Assembly (NCBI GenBank): GCA_965228735.1
Contig: OZ245838.1
Span: forward strand, 2,784,001 to 2,848,000
Reading direction: 5' to 3'
DNA: 64,000 nt
Source: Planctomycetota bacterium
GTDB lineage: Bacteria > Planctomycetota > UBA1135 > UBA2386
Part shown: positions 31,515 through 42,522 of the stretch, piece by piece
How positions within the stretch are numbered: the stretch's first letter is position 1
Layout: every line of letters starts with the position of its first letter
The notes under the pieces: model-generated
Databases searched by the model: none
What the model saw: the letters and a program-made list of their open reading frames with translations, nothing else
What the model was told of the DNA's origin: nothing
Translations under genes and position numbers: made by a program

Positions 31515-33133
31515 TCTTCGCGCGGACCGCGACCGACCGCGCGCTGCGCCGGCTGTTCTGGCAGATCATGACCCGCGGCCGCACGGCGGCCGACGAGAAG
31601 GCGAAGAAGCGCATGGGCTCGATGGGCCTGAAGATGACCTTCTTCATCTACCTGATGTTCGGGCTCATGCCGGCGCTGACGGCATTCAACCTGCCAACGC
31701 TCGCGTTCGCGGGCGTCATGCACGGCGTGTCGCTGATGTTCGCGTCGCTCGCGCTCGCGGCCAGCGCCGGCAACCTGCTGTTCGCGCGCGAGGAGACCGA
31801 GATCCTGCTGCACCGCCCGGTCGAGCCGCGGCAGCTGCTGCAGGCCAAGGCCTGGGTCATCATCCGGTTCGCGCTCATCCTCGCGTTCGCGCTCAACTTC
31901 GTCGGCCTGATCACCGGCTCGATCCTGCCCGAGGTGAACTTGCTGTTCGCGCCGGTCCACCTGCTGTCGACGACGCTACTCATGGTCTTCTCGGCGGGCC
32001 TCACGGTGCTCGTCTACAACCTCTGCCTCAAGTGGTTCGGCCGGCAGCGGCTCGACACCCTGCTCACGATCGTCCAGACGCTGCTCGCGATCGCGATGGT
32101 CGCGGGCAGCCAGATCGCGCCGCGGCTGCTGCAGAACTCCGAGCTGCTCGCCGACTTCGACGCCACGTCGCTGTGGGCGATCCTGCTGCCGCCCGTGTGG
32201 TTCGGGGCGATCGACGCGATGTTCACCACGGCGACGCCGATCGAACACCTGTGGCCGCTCGCTGCGCTCGGGGTCATCGCGACGATCGTCGTCGCGTGGC
32301 TCGCGTTCGACCGGCTCGCGAAGTCCTACGGCGAAGGCCTGCAGGCGCTCGGCGAGGGTTCGGGACCGGCCGTCGCCGACGACCGCGATCGCCGGCTGCA
32401 CGCGGTCACGCGCTGGCCGCTGCTCTCCCTCTGGCTGCGCGACCCCGTCGAACGGCACGCGTTCGTGCTCACCAGCGCCTACCTGCTGCGCGACCGCGAG
32501 ACCAAGATGAAGATCTACCCCGGTCTCGCACCACTGCTCGTGATGCCTGTCGTCCTCATCGGCATCGACCAGGGCATCAGCGAGTCGTTCGTCTTCCTCG
32601 ACTACGTGATGCTCACCTACCTCGTGATCATCCCGATCCAGCCGCTCGTGTTCCTGCGCCACACGGAGCACTACCGGGCCGCCGAACTGTTCCGGATCAC
32701 CCCGCTGCCGCACTGGGCGCCGCTCTACCACGGCATGCGCAAGGCCACGCTGGTCTGGCTCGGCGTGCCGAGCACGGTCGTTCTCGTCGCGATCATGCTC
32801 GCCATCCGCGGCCGCGTCGAGCTGCTGCTCGCGGCCGTGCCGGTCGTCGCCATGATGCCGGTGTACTCGCTCGTGCCCGGCTACGTCCGCGCCCGCGACG
32901 GCTGGCTGCCGCTCAGCAAGGCGCCGGCGGACCTGCAGAACGCGTCGCTCGGCTGCATGGTCATGGCAGTGGCCATGGGCTCGGCCATGCTCGTCGCCGT
33001 GATCGGGGGTGTGCTCGCCCAGTTCGGCTTCGGCCTCGTCTACGCCGGCGTCGCGATCGTCGCCTCGTTGTTGCTGCAACGCGTCCTCACGCGCGGCATG
33101 CTGGCGCACGCATGGAATCCGACGCGGAGCTGA
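31511..33133 (+). CDS. ABC-2-type exporter permease
   Basis: GTG overlaps the ATPase TGA; multi-pass membrane protein. Confidence 0.8.
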
Positions 33134-34008
33134 GTCCCCTCGCCGACGCCCCGATCGTCGTCCTCGGCGCGCCGCGGTCCGGAACGACGTATCTGCGGAG
33201 CATTCTCGACCGCCATCCCGAGATCACGATCAGCAACGAGGTCCGCCTGTTCGAGTGGCTGCACCGCACGCTGGAGCTCACGAACGATCACGAGGCGGTC
33301 CTGTTCGAGCGCGACGAGTTCCGCGCGCACGTCGAACCCCGACTCCGCGCCGCCGTGCGGAGCTACTACGACGGTCGCAAGTCCGGCGCGCGCTGGTGGG
33401 GCGACAAGAACCCGCACTACGCCGCGCACCCGGCGACGCTCGCGACGATCGCGCGGCTGTGGCCCGAGGCGACGTTCCTGCACATCGTCCGCGACCCGCG
33501 GGCCGTGCTCGCGTCGCTGCTGCACAAGAAGCACCCGGACGGCACCCGCTGGATCGCGCACCCGGAATACGCCCACACCCTGATCGCCAACCACCTCGAC
33601 TTCGCCCATCGGTTTCGCGACGAACACCCGAACGCGCGGTTCTACGAGCTGCGGTACGAGGACCTCGTCGCCGACGACGAGGGCGTGGCCCGGCGGCTCT
33701 TCGAGTACCTCGCGATCCCGTTCGCGGACGCGGTCGCGGCGTTCTGCCGCGGGCAGCAGGAAGAGCGCACGGGCTTCAGCGGCCCGACATCGGACCTGCA
33801 GAGCGCGGGTGATCGTGACGTCGCGCACGCCGCTTGGGCCGCGGTCGCGCCGCCGCACCAGCAACGCGAGAGCCTGCGGTTCCTCGCGCCGTACCTGATC
33901 CGGCACGGCTACGAGACCGAGGCGAGCGTCGGCGAGCTCACCGACGCGTTGCCGCCCGCGGGGCCGGAGCCGGACGCGGGCAGCGAGTCGCCGCCGCCCA
34001 GTCGGTAG
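33112..34008 (+). CDS. Sulfotransferase
   Basis: GAPRSGTT PAPS loop, WGDKNP, HIVRDPR and RYEDLV motifs. Confidence 0.9.
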   Translation: MESDAELSPLADAPIVVLGAPRSGTTYLRSILDRHPEITISNEVRLFEWLHRTLELTNDHEAVLFERDEFRAHVEPRLRAAVRSYYDGRKSGARWWGDKNPHYAAHPATLATIARLWPEATFLHIVRDPRAVLASLLHKKHPDGTRWIAHPEYAHTLIANHLDFAHRFRDEHPNARFYELRYEDLVADDEGVARRLFEYLAIPFADAVAAFCRGQQEERTGFSGPTSDLQSAGDRDVAHAAWAAVAPPHQQRESLRFLAPYLIRHGYETEASVGELTDALPPAGPEPDAGSESPPPSR

Positions 34009-34025
34009 GGACGAACCAGCCCGGG

Positions 34026-35495
34026 CTAGTAGCCGAACGTCGCCGCGACGGCGTTGCTCACGGCGATGCCGCCGGTGGCCGCCGCGTCGAGCGAAGCCGC
34101 CTGGAAGAACACGTCGAAGCCGATGAACGACGCGAGCGCGGGCACGGGGAACGAGTAGGTGCCGGTGCCGCCGCTCACGCCGAATAGCAACGTGAACTGC
34201 GCGCTCTGCCACAGGTCACACGACGCGCCGAGTCCGAACTGGGCGAGGTTGACGGGCAACGCGCCGAGCGCCGACGTCGAGTCCGAGAACCCGAAGCTCA
34301 CGAACGCGACGGCAGCCGCCGGATCGAGGTTGCTCGCGTCGAGCTGCAGCGTGGAACCGAGCACCGGCACGTTGGCCGCGGCGAGTGCCGGCACGCCGCT
34401 GCCGCCCGGGCAACCCGCGCCGTAGGTCGAAGCCACGGCCGCACACCCCTGGATCCAGGTCTCGTCCGTGAACGGCCCGAAGAACGCCGCGCCACCGCCG
34501 AACGACACGTGGCAGTCCCCCGGTCCCTCGGCGGTCGCGAAGCGCACGCGCGGCGCCGTCGGGCTGCCGAACGCGCCGGTGACGTCGGTCCAGCTCGTGC
34601 CGTCGAAGATCCAGGTATCGCTGAGCGGCGTCGTGCCGGACAGCGTGCTGTCGTAGCCACCGTGCATCACGTAGACGCCGGTCGCTTCGTCGTACAGCAT
34701 GCTCGCGCCCGCGCGTGCCGGCGGCAGCGGGCCGGTCGCCGGCGTGATGTCCGTCCAGGTATCGGTCACGGCCGAGTAGACCCAGGTGTCGTTGAACACG
34801 ATCTCGCCGTTCGGCCCGGGCGGGTTGTTGAAGTTGGTGCCGCCGAACAGCAGCACGCCGCCGAGCGACGTCGCGGTGCAGAGCGACGCCTGCGACCGCC
34901 GCTCGGGCGAGACCGCCGGCGTCGTCAGCGACCAGTCCGCGCCGTCGTACTCGAGCGTCTCGGCCGGCATCGGCACGATGCCCTGGAACAGCTCACCGCC
35001 GAACAGCACGACGCGCTGCCCGATCACGTCGAACGCCATCGACACCTCGCCGATGCCGTTGTTCGAACCGATGAGCGACCCCGGCGTGTTGGTCGTGGTG
35101 ACCTGGCTCCAGTTCGCGCCGTCCCACTCCCACGTGTCGTTCCGGTGGTTGCCGCCGATCAGCGACGCACTCAGTCCGCCGTAGAGCACCGTGCGATCGC
35201 GGAAGACGTCGTGGGCGATCCCCGCGAAGTAGCGCGCCGGCGGCGTCGTCGCCGGTGAGAGCTGCGCCCAATCGACGCCGTCCCACACCCACGTGTCGTC
35301 GTAGTTCGTCGGCGGGAACCCGGCGAGGTCCGCGCCACCGAACAGCAGCGTGTAGCCACCGGACAGGTGGTGCGCCATCGCCGGCTCGAGGCGCGGGGAC
35401 GGCGCGTTCGCGGGAGTCGCCTGGCGCCATTGTGCGGTAACGGAGGCGGTGACGAGGAGCGCCGAGGCGGCGACGAGGGCAGGACGATGCGTCAT
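34026..35495 (-). CDS. Secreted Kelch-repeat protein with conserved C-terminal domain
   Basis: Signal peptide ending VTAQ; repeats of LFGG...DTWxWDG. Confidence 0.88.
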   Translation of the reverse strand: MTHRPALVAASALLVTASVTAQWRQATPANAPSPRLEPAMAHHLSGGYTLLFGGADLAGFPPTNYDDTWVWDGVDWAQLSPATTPPARYFAGIAHDVFRDRTVLYGGLSASLIGGNHRNDTWEWDGANWSQVTTTNTPGSLIGSNNGIGEVSMAFDVIGQRVVLFGGELFQGIVPMPAETLEYDGADWSLTTPAVSPERRSQASLCTATSLGGVLLFGGTNFNNPPGPNGEIVFNDTWVYSAVTDTWTDITPATGPLPPARAGASMLYDEATGVYVMHGGYDSTLSGTTPLSDTWIFDGTSWTDVTGAFGSPTAPRVRFATAEGPGDCHVSFGGGAAFFGPFTDETWIQGCAAVASTYGAGCPGGSGVPALAAANVPVLGSTLQLDASNLDPAAAVAFVSFGFSDSTSALGALPVNLAQFGLGASCDLWQSAQFTLLFGVSGGTGTYSFPVPALASFIGFDVFFQAASLDAAATGGIAVSNAVAATFGY

Positions 35496-35640
35496 GATGG
35501 AGTGCGGCGGGGTGGCAGGTCGGCGACGTTCGCGAGCGCGCCGACGGAGATGCCGATCGTAGAACCACGAGAACGAGCGGACCAGCGCGCCCCCCACCGC
35601 GACTGCCGCCACTGCCGCTTGGCCGTATCGTTACGGCGCC

Positions 35641-36525
35641 TCAGCGGCCTCGTGCCCGCTCGATCAACTCGGCGACCGCGTCGGTCTCGCAATACTGCGC
35701 GACCGCCTCGAGGTGCGACTGAACCTCGGTGCGAGCGAGGTCACGATCGAGCAGCTCCGCCGCGAGCCGCAGCGATGCAGCACCGGTGTTCAGGTGCGCG
35801 CAGCCGTTGACCTCGACCGCCGCGCGCAGCGACCGCAGGGCAGCCGCCGGATCGCCGCGGTCGAGCGCCCGGAGTCCGTCGATGTTCGCGACGAAGTTGA
35901 CGGCGCACTCGCACACGTGCGCGTTCCGCGGCAAACCCTCCCACCGCGTTCGCAGCTCGTCGTAGCGCGGCCAGTCCGCCTGTTCGACGGCATGGCGCAT
36001 GGCTCGACTCAGTTCGTGCGAGTGCCATTCCGGATCGGTCCTCGCCAACAACTCGTCGAACGTCGCCGCGTAGCGCGGGTCACCCAGCGCCCGCAACGCC
36101 TCGACGTAGACCTCGAGGAACTCGCGATCGCCCGCGAGCGGTGCGCCGACGCGATCCAGGGCGGCCACGGCGCGCTGCACCATTGCGAGGTCCGGCTGCC
36201 GCCGCGACGCGGCCGCCATCCACAACTGTCCTTCGAGGAACGCCTGGAGCGACGCGTCATCGAGTTGCCACGAGCGGATGCAGGCCTCGACATCATCCGC
36301 CGCCAACCCCGGGATCGATTGCCCATGGGGATCGGTGACGAGGAGGTACGGATCCGCTGCCGCGAGCTTCAGGACCGCAGTCCGCATCAGCTCTGCCGCG
36401 TCATCACCGTCGTAACGGAACGAGTTCTGGAAGAACCGCAGGCACTGAGAGAGCGAGGCGTCGCCGGCCCGCAGAGCCGCGACGTAACCGTCCATGGCGA
36501 GCTTCATGAAGCGATCCGACCTCAT
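35641..36525 (-). CDS. Hypothetical alpha-helical protein
   Basis: Long ORF; start placed at MRSDRF, 7 nt after TATGCT. Confidence 0.65.
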   Translation of the reverse strand: MRSDRFMKLAMDGYVAALRAGDASLSQCLRFFQNSFRYDGDDAAELMRTAVLKLAAADPYLLVTDPHGQSIPGLAADDVEACIRSWQLDDASLQAFLEGQLWMAAASRRQPDLAMVQRAVAALDRVGAPLAGDREFLEVYVEALRALGDPRYAATFDELLARTDPEWHSHELSRAMRHAVEQADWPRYDELRTRWEGLPRNAHVCECAVNFVANIDGLRALDRGDPAAALRSLRAAVEVNGCAHLNTGAASLRLAAELLDRDLARTEVQSHLEAVAQYCETDAVAELIERARGR

Positions 36526-36608
36526 CGACGGGAGCATAGCGCCGATCGCGCACGCCTGACGGCGCCCGATCGGCGCGGGCAAGTCGCACGCGTTAGAGTG
36601 CGATCTCG

Positions 36609-36917
36609 ATGTCCCGAACGGAGCCACCCACGAATCGGCCTGGCGGCCTGAGGACTGCATCGCGGTGCGCGGTTCTTCTGGTCGGCAGCACCATGTTCCT
36701 GGTCGGGGGGACCATCGGCGTAGAGTGGCTCTTGGAACCGCTCGGGATGTTGTCCCTCGTGTGGTTCCTCGTCATCTTCTTCGCGCCATTCGTCCTCGTC
36801 CCGTTGCACCTCAGGTATCAGTCGCCGCGAGAGCACAGCGTGACTCTGGCGTTCGTCACGGGCGTGGGATCGTGGCTGCTGTTCTGGTGCGTACTGATCA
36901 TCAACTCTGCGACCTGA
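36609..36917 (+). CDS. Small hypothetical membrane protein (3 TM)
   Basis: 102 aa hydrophobic ORF. Confidence 0.55.
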   Translation: MSRTEPPTNRPGGLRTASRCAVLLVGSTMFLVGGTIGVEWLLEPLGMLSLVWFLVIFFAPFVLVPLHLRYQSPREHSVTLAFVTGVGSWLLFWCVLIINSAT

Positions 36918-37032
36918 CAGAGCTGCCCACATACGGCCGTCAGCTGGCATGTCACAGAGCTGCGCGGATTCGCCGCAGCCCCAGCCAGAGAATCACGTAG
37001 CACGCCGCGGCTCTCCTGGTCATTCCCTTCGC

Positions 37033-39645
37033 ATGGTGCTGCGAAACAAGACGATTGACCGCCGGTTTCGGCGGTTCTGCGAAACCGGTGACCCAGACGC
37101 CCTCGGCGACGTGTTCGACGCGACGGCCGGACGACTCATGAGGGTCGCGCTCTGGCTCGCCCGTAACCGGAACGACGCCGAGGACCTGCTCCAACGCACG
37201 TTCTTGCAGGCAATCGAAACGCGCGAGCAGTTTCGGATCGGCGAGCCCGTGCTGCCGTGGCTCATCGGGCTATTGGGCAACCAGACCCGCAAGCTACGTA
37301 GCGAGCGCGATCGGACGGCGGCGTCACGAGGTCTCGTCGACAAGGTCGATGACCCCGAGGTCGCAGTCGCTTCTCGCGAGCTCGCCGGTGCGGTGAAGGC
37401 CGTCAGTAATCGGCTCGGCGAGCCTTACCGCGATGTGCTGCTCCTGCACCTGGAGTCTGGGCTGAACGCCAAGGAGATCGCCGCACGACTCGATCGGCCG
37501 GCGGGGACGGTCCGAACGCAGTTGGTGCGCGCGCTGGAACTCCTGCGGCGACGACTGCCCAACGGGTTCGTCGCCGGCATGGTCGCCATCACGGCACCCG
37601 AGGTGTCGGCGTTGGCCGGCACGCGCGAAGAGATCGTGCGAGCCGCACATGCGGCGGTTCCTGCATCGGTCGCTTCCGTCGCGGCCGCCGGACTCGCTGT
37701 CGGAGGATCGATTGTGGCGAAGAAGTTGGCGGTAGCAGTATCGGCCCTCGCGCTCGTCGGTGGAATCACCATCTGGGCCATGGCCGCGGTGCGATCCGAT
37801 CCCGTCGCCGATTCAGCGGGAGAAAGTACGCGACTGGTGACGATGTCGGAGCCTTCCCGGAAGGAACCCACGCCGCACCGCCAGCTCGCCAGAACGCCAG
37901 GCGACAGCGGGAAGACGAAGTCAACGGACCACCAGCCCGAAACCTGGTCTCCGAACCTGATCGTCGTCGATGAGAGCGGGCAGCCCGTAGCAAACGCCGA
38001 GGTATCGATCTGGGCACCACGAAGGGTCGAGCCATCGCCGCGAGGAGGACGACGGTACGAGGGCCGGGAGAAGGCTGCCAGGGCGGAGCTCGTAACCGAC
38101 ACCCGTGGGCGGGCACGCGCCTCGGTCGACTTCGAAGCCTGTGTCGTGGCGGCGAACCGCGCCGACATCGGCCGAAGTCGCGAGCTCTGGCTGACCGCCA
38201 AGGGCGGGACGGCGACTCTCGTGCTCGAACCTCCGATTCGCCTACGTGGGCGCGTCGTCGACGAACGCGGAACGCCCGTGGCCGGGGCTTCGGTCGAAGT
38301 CAAGTGCGTGCCCCATACGGGCCTCTACCTCAATCGTGGCGCGCCTCCGACTCCGCCACCCGGAACCGTGGACCGCGACGGTCGTTTCTCGATCGACGTG
38401 TTCCGGGGCGCAAACTACACGTTGAGCGCGCGGCTACGCGAGCGACAGTCGTTTCGGGTGCGCGTCAGTGTCGACGATCGCGAACCGCTGCCCGTGACGC
38501 TTCGGTTCCCCGGAGCAACGAAGATCTCCGGCATCGTTGTCGACGGCTACGGACGACCGGTTCCGCGAGCCAAGGTCACCGCGTGGCGGATCCTGGCCCC
38601 CGACGATGATCACGCCGAACCCGAACGGGAGCGAGCTCTCGCCGATGCCGACGGCACCTTCGAGGTGATCGTCAGGTCGCACGCTCGCTACCAGTTGCTG
38701 GCGGCTGCGGACGGATACGCGACGAGTGCCCTTGCGAAGACCCAGACGACCCCGAAGGAACCGCACCCAAAGACGCAGCTCGTATTGCGGGAATTCGCAT
38801 CGATCACCGGGCGACTCGCAAGAGCCGACGGGCGTCCGCTGCCGGGCATCAAGGTCATCGCCAAACCCGAGTCGGGAGAGCCGTCGCCGCGGGCAGACAT
38901 CCCGAACCAAGAAGACCTCTTCCCACGAGTGAAGACATCCGTCACCGACGCTGACGGCAGGTTCGGGCTCCGGGTTCACCCGGACACCGCGTGGACGATC
39001 TCCGCCAGGCTGCAGCCCGGAAACTGGCGAATGGCCGTGCATCGACGCGGCGTCGCTCCCGGCACGACGAACCTGCTGATCACGGTGAGTGATGCTGAGT
39101 CACGGGGATGCGTAGTCGCCGGTCGTGTCCGGCGCCGCGACGGGCAGCCCGTAGGCTCGCTCCGGGTCGAAGTCGTCGATTACGATGACGACGGGAAACC
39201 CGTGACCTCGAGCCGCGTGCCGGCGAACGTCGAGGGCGACACGTTCACGTGCCCGCCGCTGCCGATCAACGCAACCTTCGCGCTACGGGTCCATGACGAA
39301 GACGACGAAGCCACGGCGCCCGCGATTCTCGGCCCTTTCGAAACCAACCGCGCCACGCTGACGCTCGACTGTTGGCTCGAGAATTGGGGACTACTGCCTG
39401 TCCGAGTGTTCAGTGCCGACGGAACACCAGCACTCGGCGTCGCTGTCTACCTTCGCCGCAGTACGCCATCGGGGTCCGATCACGTGGTCCGCGAGCCCGA
39501 CCTCGAGGGACGGGTGCCTGTTCACCGATGCATTCCAGGGCCACATCGGCTCTACGTGTCGCGCGATTCTCAGACCCTCGTCGAGCGCGATATCGAGGTG
39601 CAGAGCGGTGAGAACATGGAGGTCCTCGTCGAACTGCCGCGCTAA
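37033..39645 (+). CDS. ECF sigma factor fused to a TM helix and carboxypeptidase-regulatory-like beta domains
   Basis: DAEDLLQRTF (region 2) and EIAARLDRPAGTVRTQL (region 4), then a TM segment and repeated GRVVDERGTPVAGA modules. Confidence 0.9.
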   Translation: MVLRNKTIDRRFRRFCETGDPDALGDVFDATAGRLMRVALWLARNRNDAEDLLQRTFLQAIETREQFRIGEPVLPWLIGLLGNQTRKLRSERDRTAASRGLVDKVDDPEVAVASRELAGAVKAVSNRLGEPYRDVLLLHLESGLNAKEIAARLDRPAGTVRTQLVRALELLRRRLPNGFVAGMVAITAPEVSALAGTREEIVRAAHAAVPASVASVAAAGLAVGGSIVAKKLAVAVSALALVGGITIWAMAAVRSDPVADSAGESTRLVTMSEPSRKEPTPHRQLARTPGDSGKTKSTDHQPETWSPNLIVVDESGQPVANAEVSIWAPRRVEPSPRGGRRYEGREKAARAELVTDTRGRARASVDFEACVVAANRADIGRSRELWLTAKGGTATLVLEPPIRLRGRVVDERGTPVAGASVEVKCVPHTGLYLNRGAPPTPPPGTVDRDGRFSIDVFRGANYTLSARLRERQSFRVRVSVDDREPLPVTLRFPGATKISGIVVDGYGRPVPRAKVTAWRILAPDDDHAEPERERALADADGTFEVIVRSHARYQLLAAADGYATSALAKTQTTPKEPHPKTQLVLREFASITGRLARADGRPLPGIKVIAKPESGEPSPRADIPNQEDLFPRVKTSVTDADGRFGLRVHPDTAWTISARLQPGNWRMAVHRRGVAPGTTNLLITVSDAESRGCVVAGRVRRRDGQPVGSLRVEVVDYDDDGKPVTSSRVPANVEGDTFTCPPLPINATFALRVHDEDDEATAPAILGPFETNRATLTLDCWLENWGLLPVRVFSADGTPALGVAVYLRRSTPSGSDHVVREPDLEGRVPVHRCIPGPHRLYVSRDSQTLVERDIEVQSGENMEVLVELPR

Positions 39646-39811
39646 TGCCGCTCGTCGGTGACCAGCGGCCAGGGCGTACTGAAGCCGTGGAAGTACCCAT
39701 CGAGCAGGCTCGATCGGGTTCACCGGCCGCGCCATGACGCACGCCAGTAGAAAGGCCGACACAGCCGTTCAGCCACTAGACAGGCCGGCCGCAGCACAGG
39801 AGAGTGAGGTC

Positions 39812-40987
39812 ATGCGTCTCGTGGTATCGATGGCCTTTCTCATCACCGCGTCAGCGGCATCACAGACCTTCATCGTCGACGCCGCCAACGGACCAGGTGC
39901 TCACTACACCGACCTGCCAGCGGCCGTCGCCGCGGTGCCCGATGGCGCCGTGCTGCTCGTTCGTCCAGGCCACTACACGGGGTTCGCGGTCGCAGGAAAG
40001 GGACTCTCGATCCTCGGAGAAGGGGCGAAGATCACCGGCTCGATCGCGCTCACGAGCACGCAGTCGCACCAGGGGATCGCGATCCGTGGGTTGCGTTGGA
40101 CATCGGCCCAGCTCCTGACTGGGGACAAGCTCCTCAAGTTGGCGAACTGCGCTGGTCCTGTGCTCGTCGAGACACTCGAGCAACCCGCTAGAACGGGCCA
40201 CTGCTCGGCGTGCGCCGTGCCAACCGGAATACACGCGACGTCGTGCGCCCAGATCTGTGTACGCGATTGCCAAATCGGCTGCACGGCCCTGTTCGACTCG
40301 TGCACGGTCACGATCGACTCCTGCCAGATCCGCGGGGAACACTCATCCGCGCCGGGCAACAACTTCGGGCGCTCCGCCGTGGTGTTGTGGGGTTCCGACG
40401 CGCAGGTCTGCGGCGCCTCCGATCTCCGGGGAGGCGATGGTTGGCTCGGGGGACTCGGCACGGCGTTCCCGGGGGTGGGCATTCAGATCTTTGCTCCATC
40501 GACCGTCCGCCTCCTCGACGGCCGGCTCCAGGGAGGACGATGGGGCCCCACCCTGTTTGGACCGCTCGGATCCGCGAACTCGACCAACACTCGCATGTCG
40601 CCAAGGGTGAAGCTCGTTCAGGGCTCCACCTACACGGTCAGCCTGAGCCAAACGGCGATGCCCAGCCTGTCGGCCAACAGCACAGTGCCCGGCGGCGCGA
40701 TCCACGCTGCGACGCGGACGGAGGTTGGCGATCTTGTGGTCCTCGCGGTGGGGTTGCGTAGCGCCACCGCATCGGTCCCCGGATTCGTCGACGGATTCTG
40801 GCTCGATCCAGTTGCGCACGTGTTCCAGGCGATCGGCGTGCAACAAGCCAGCGCCCCAGTAACCGGCACGATCAACGTGCCGAACTGGCCTGGGTTGGTC
40901 GGGCAGCAGCTAGTCTGGCACGCGGCCTGCTTCGGCCCCGTCACGGGGCAGCAGAACAGCAACCCGGCGATCAGCATCGTGCACTAG
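39812..40987 (+). CDS. Secreted beta-helix-like protein with conserved C-terminal domain
   Basis: Signal peptide ending ASAASQ; FIVDAANGPG..DLPAAVAAVPDG..VRPGHY pectin-lyase-fold cap; GAGG SD. Confidence 0.78.
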   Translation: MRLVVSMAFLITASAASQTFIVDAANGPGAHYTDLPAAVAAVPDGAVLLVRPGHYTGFAVAGKGLSILGEGAKITGSIALTSTQSHQGIAIRGLRWTSAQLLTGDKLLKLANCAGPVLVETLEQPARTGHCSACAVPTGIHATSCAQICVRDCQIGCTALFDSCTVTIDSCQIRGEHSSAPGNNFGRSAVVLWGSDAQVCGASDLRGGDGWLGGLGTAFPGVGIQIFAPSTVRLLDGRLQGGRWGPTLFGPLGSANSTNTRMSPRVKLVQGSTYTVSLSQTAMPSLSANSTVPGGAIHAATRTEVGDLVVLAVGLRSATASVPGFVDGFWLDPVAHVFQAIGVQQASAPVTGTINVPNWPGLVGQQLVWHAACFGPVTGQQNSNPAISIVH

Positions 40988-41087
40988 ACGCTCGCCATGC
41001 ACGCGGCGCCGGGGGATGCGCGACGTGCGACTGGTCAGCCGTTCGCCGCTGCGTCGCCGGCGGCACCGCATTGCACGCCAGGAGAAA

Positions 41088-41186
41088 TGGCGGGAGTGCA
41101 TGGGAATCGAACCCACCGAGAGCCGCGCCAGGCGACCCCCCACAGGTTTTGAAGACCAGGCCGAACACCAGCTCGGATGCACTCCC
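41088..41186 (-). tRNA. selC: tRNA-Sec (anticodon TCA)
   Basis: GGGAGTGC 8-bp acceptor stem, GGT-CTTCAAA-ACC anticodon arm, long variable arm, GGTTCGATTCC T arm, GCCA end. Confidence 0.95.
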
Positions 41187-41243
41187 GTGGGGTTTCTCGC
41201 TCGTTCTGGGGCAACAGCCGGTGCAACGGGCTAGAATTGCCTC

Positions 41244-42301
41244 ATGCCGAGGAGACCCCAGCGCTGGCCTTATGTGGAGAAGTCCGGCGCTGGGTGGCGC
41301 GCGAGCGTATCCATCGACGGCAAGCGATTCAAAGGACCCGTCCGCCGAGGCGATGGCGCGGATCGTCAGGCTCACGAGGACGCCGTGCGGCTTCTCGAAG
41401 AGCGCAAGTCCGAGGCACCGAGCGAGACGACCATCTCGACGGGCTTCGAGATCGTGAGCGCCGCCCTCGACAAGGAACCCGAGACGCGCCCCGCCACGCG
41501 GGACTTCTACCGGAACCACCTCCGGCCGTGGATCGAGGCCCTGGGCGCCGACCGGCTCTGGCGGGCCGTGACCTTCGACGAGGTGCAGCGGATCGTCGAC
41601 CGCTGGCGCGAGACCATCGGCCCGCAAACGATCCGCCACCGCCTCGGCGCAGCCACGCGCGTGGTGCGGCTCCTCGGGCTCCAGTCCAACCCGTTCGATC
41701 GCAACCGCCTCTCGCTACCGAGGCAGCGCAGACAGCGGCGTGAGGATCTGTCGTGGCCCGAGGTGCTCGACATGCTGCGCAAGCTGCGCGACACGAACCA
41801 GCGCACCGAACTGGTCGTGCTGGGGACGATCGCCGGGTTCGGGCTGCGCCGCGCTGAGTTCGCCCGGCTTCGGCGCCGGCACTTCGACCTGCGGAGCGGA
41901 TTTCTGCGCATCTCGGCAGACGTGGGCAAAACCGGCCCCCGCGATCTGCCGATCCCGAAGACGAAGGACACGCGCATCCTGATCGAGGATCTCCTCGACC
42001 TATAGCCCCCGGCCCCGCGGACGGCTTCGTCATTCCGGGCACCAGCGAGCGCCGAAGGATCGACTTCCTGCGGGCCGTGATCGAGCGCGTCCGTCACCTG
42101 ATCGAGAACACGGACGACCGGCTCCAGCTCCATGGCCTGCGCAGAGCGTTCGCGTCGCGCCTCGCCGCGACTTGCACGGTGCCCGTTGCGAGCGCCCTAC
42201 TCGGGCACAACCTCGAAGGCGTCGTCGGCCGCTACGTCCACGCGGACAAGAAGGCCCTAGCCGACGCGATGGACGCCCTGTGGCGCGACTTCGCGGACTA
42301 G
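41244..42301 (+). pseudogene. Tyrosine integrase split by a single-base frameshift near 42002
   Basis: GLRRAE and GKT lie in 41244-42005; HGLRRAF, LLGH and GRY lie in the -1 frame, open from 42002 to 42301. Confidence 0.85.
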
Positions 42302-42373
42302 GTCGCGAGCCAGCGCCCGACGCAAAGGTGAACGCCCGCGCTTGCGAGCGAGTCGGCCAAACAACTAGGACAA

Positions 42374-42522
42374 CTAGGTCGAACGTGTCGGCAGTAGCTT
42401 GTTCAGGTCCTTGAACAGCTCCTCGAATCGGTCAAGCGCCGTAGCTTCGTCGACTAGAGCGTATTCGCCTCCCTCCCGAGTGAGGCACTCGGCTGGGCGG
42501 TAGTGGTCGAACTCGTCCACTT
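42374..42522 (-). pseudogene. C-terminal remnant of a gene truncated by IS256
   Basis: VDEFDHYRPAECL...LDRFEELFKDLNKLL ends in a stop, and its 5' side abuts the IS inverted repeat. Confidence 0.55.

Noticed and set aside
35500..41087. Second island on the 3' side of selC
   Set aside because: Codon usage looks atypical, but I found no duplicated tRNA 3' end and no integrase.
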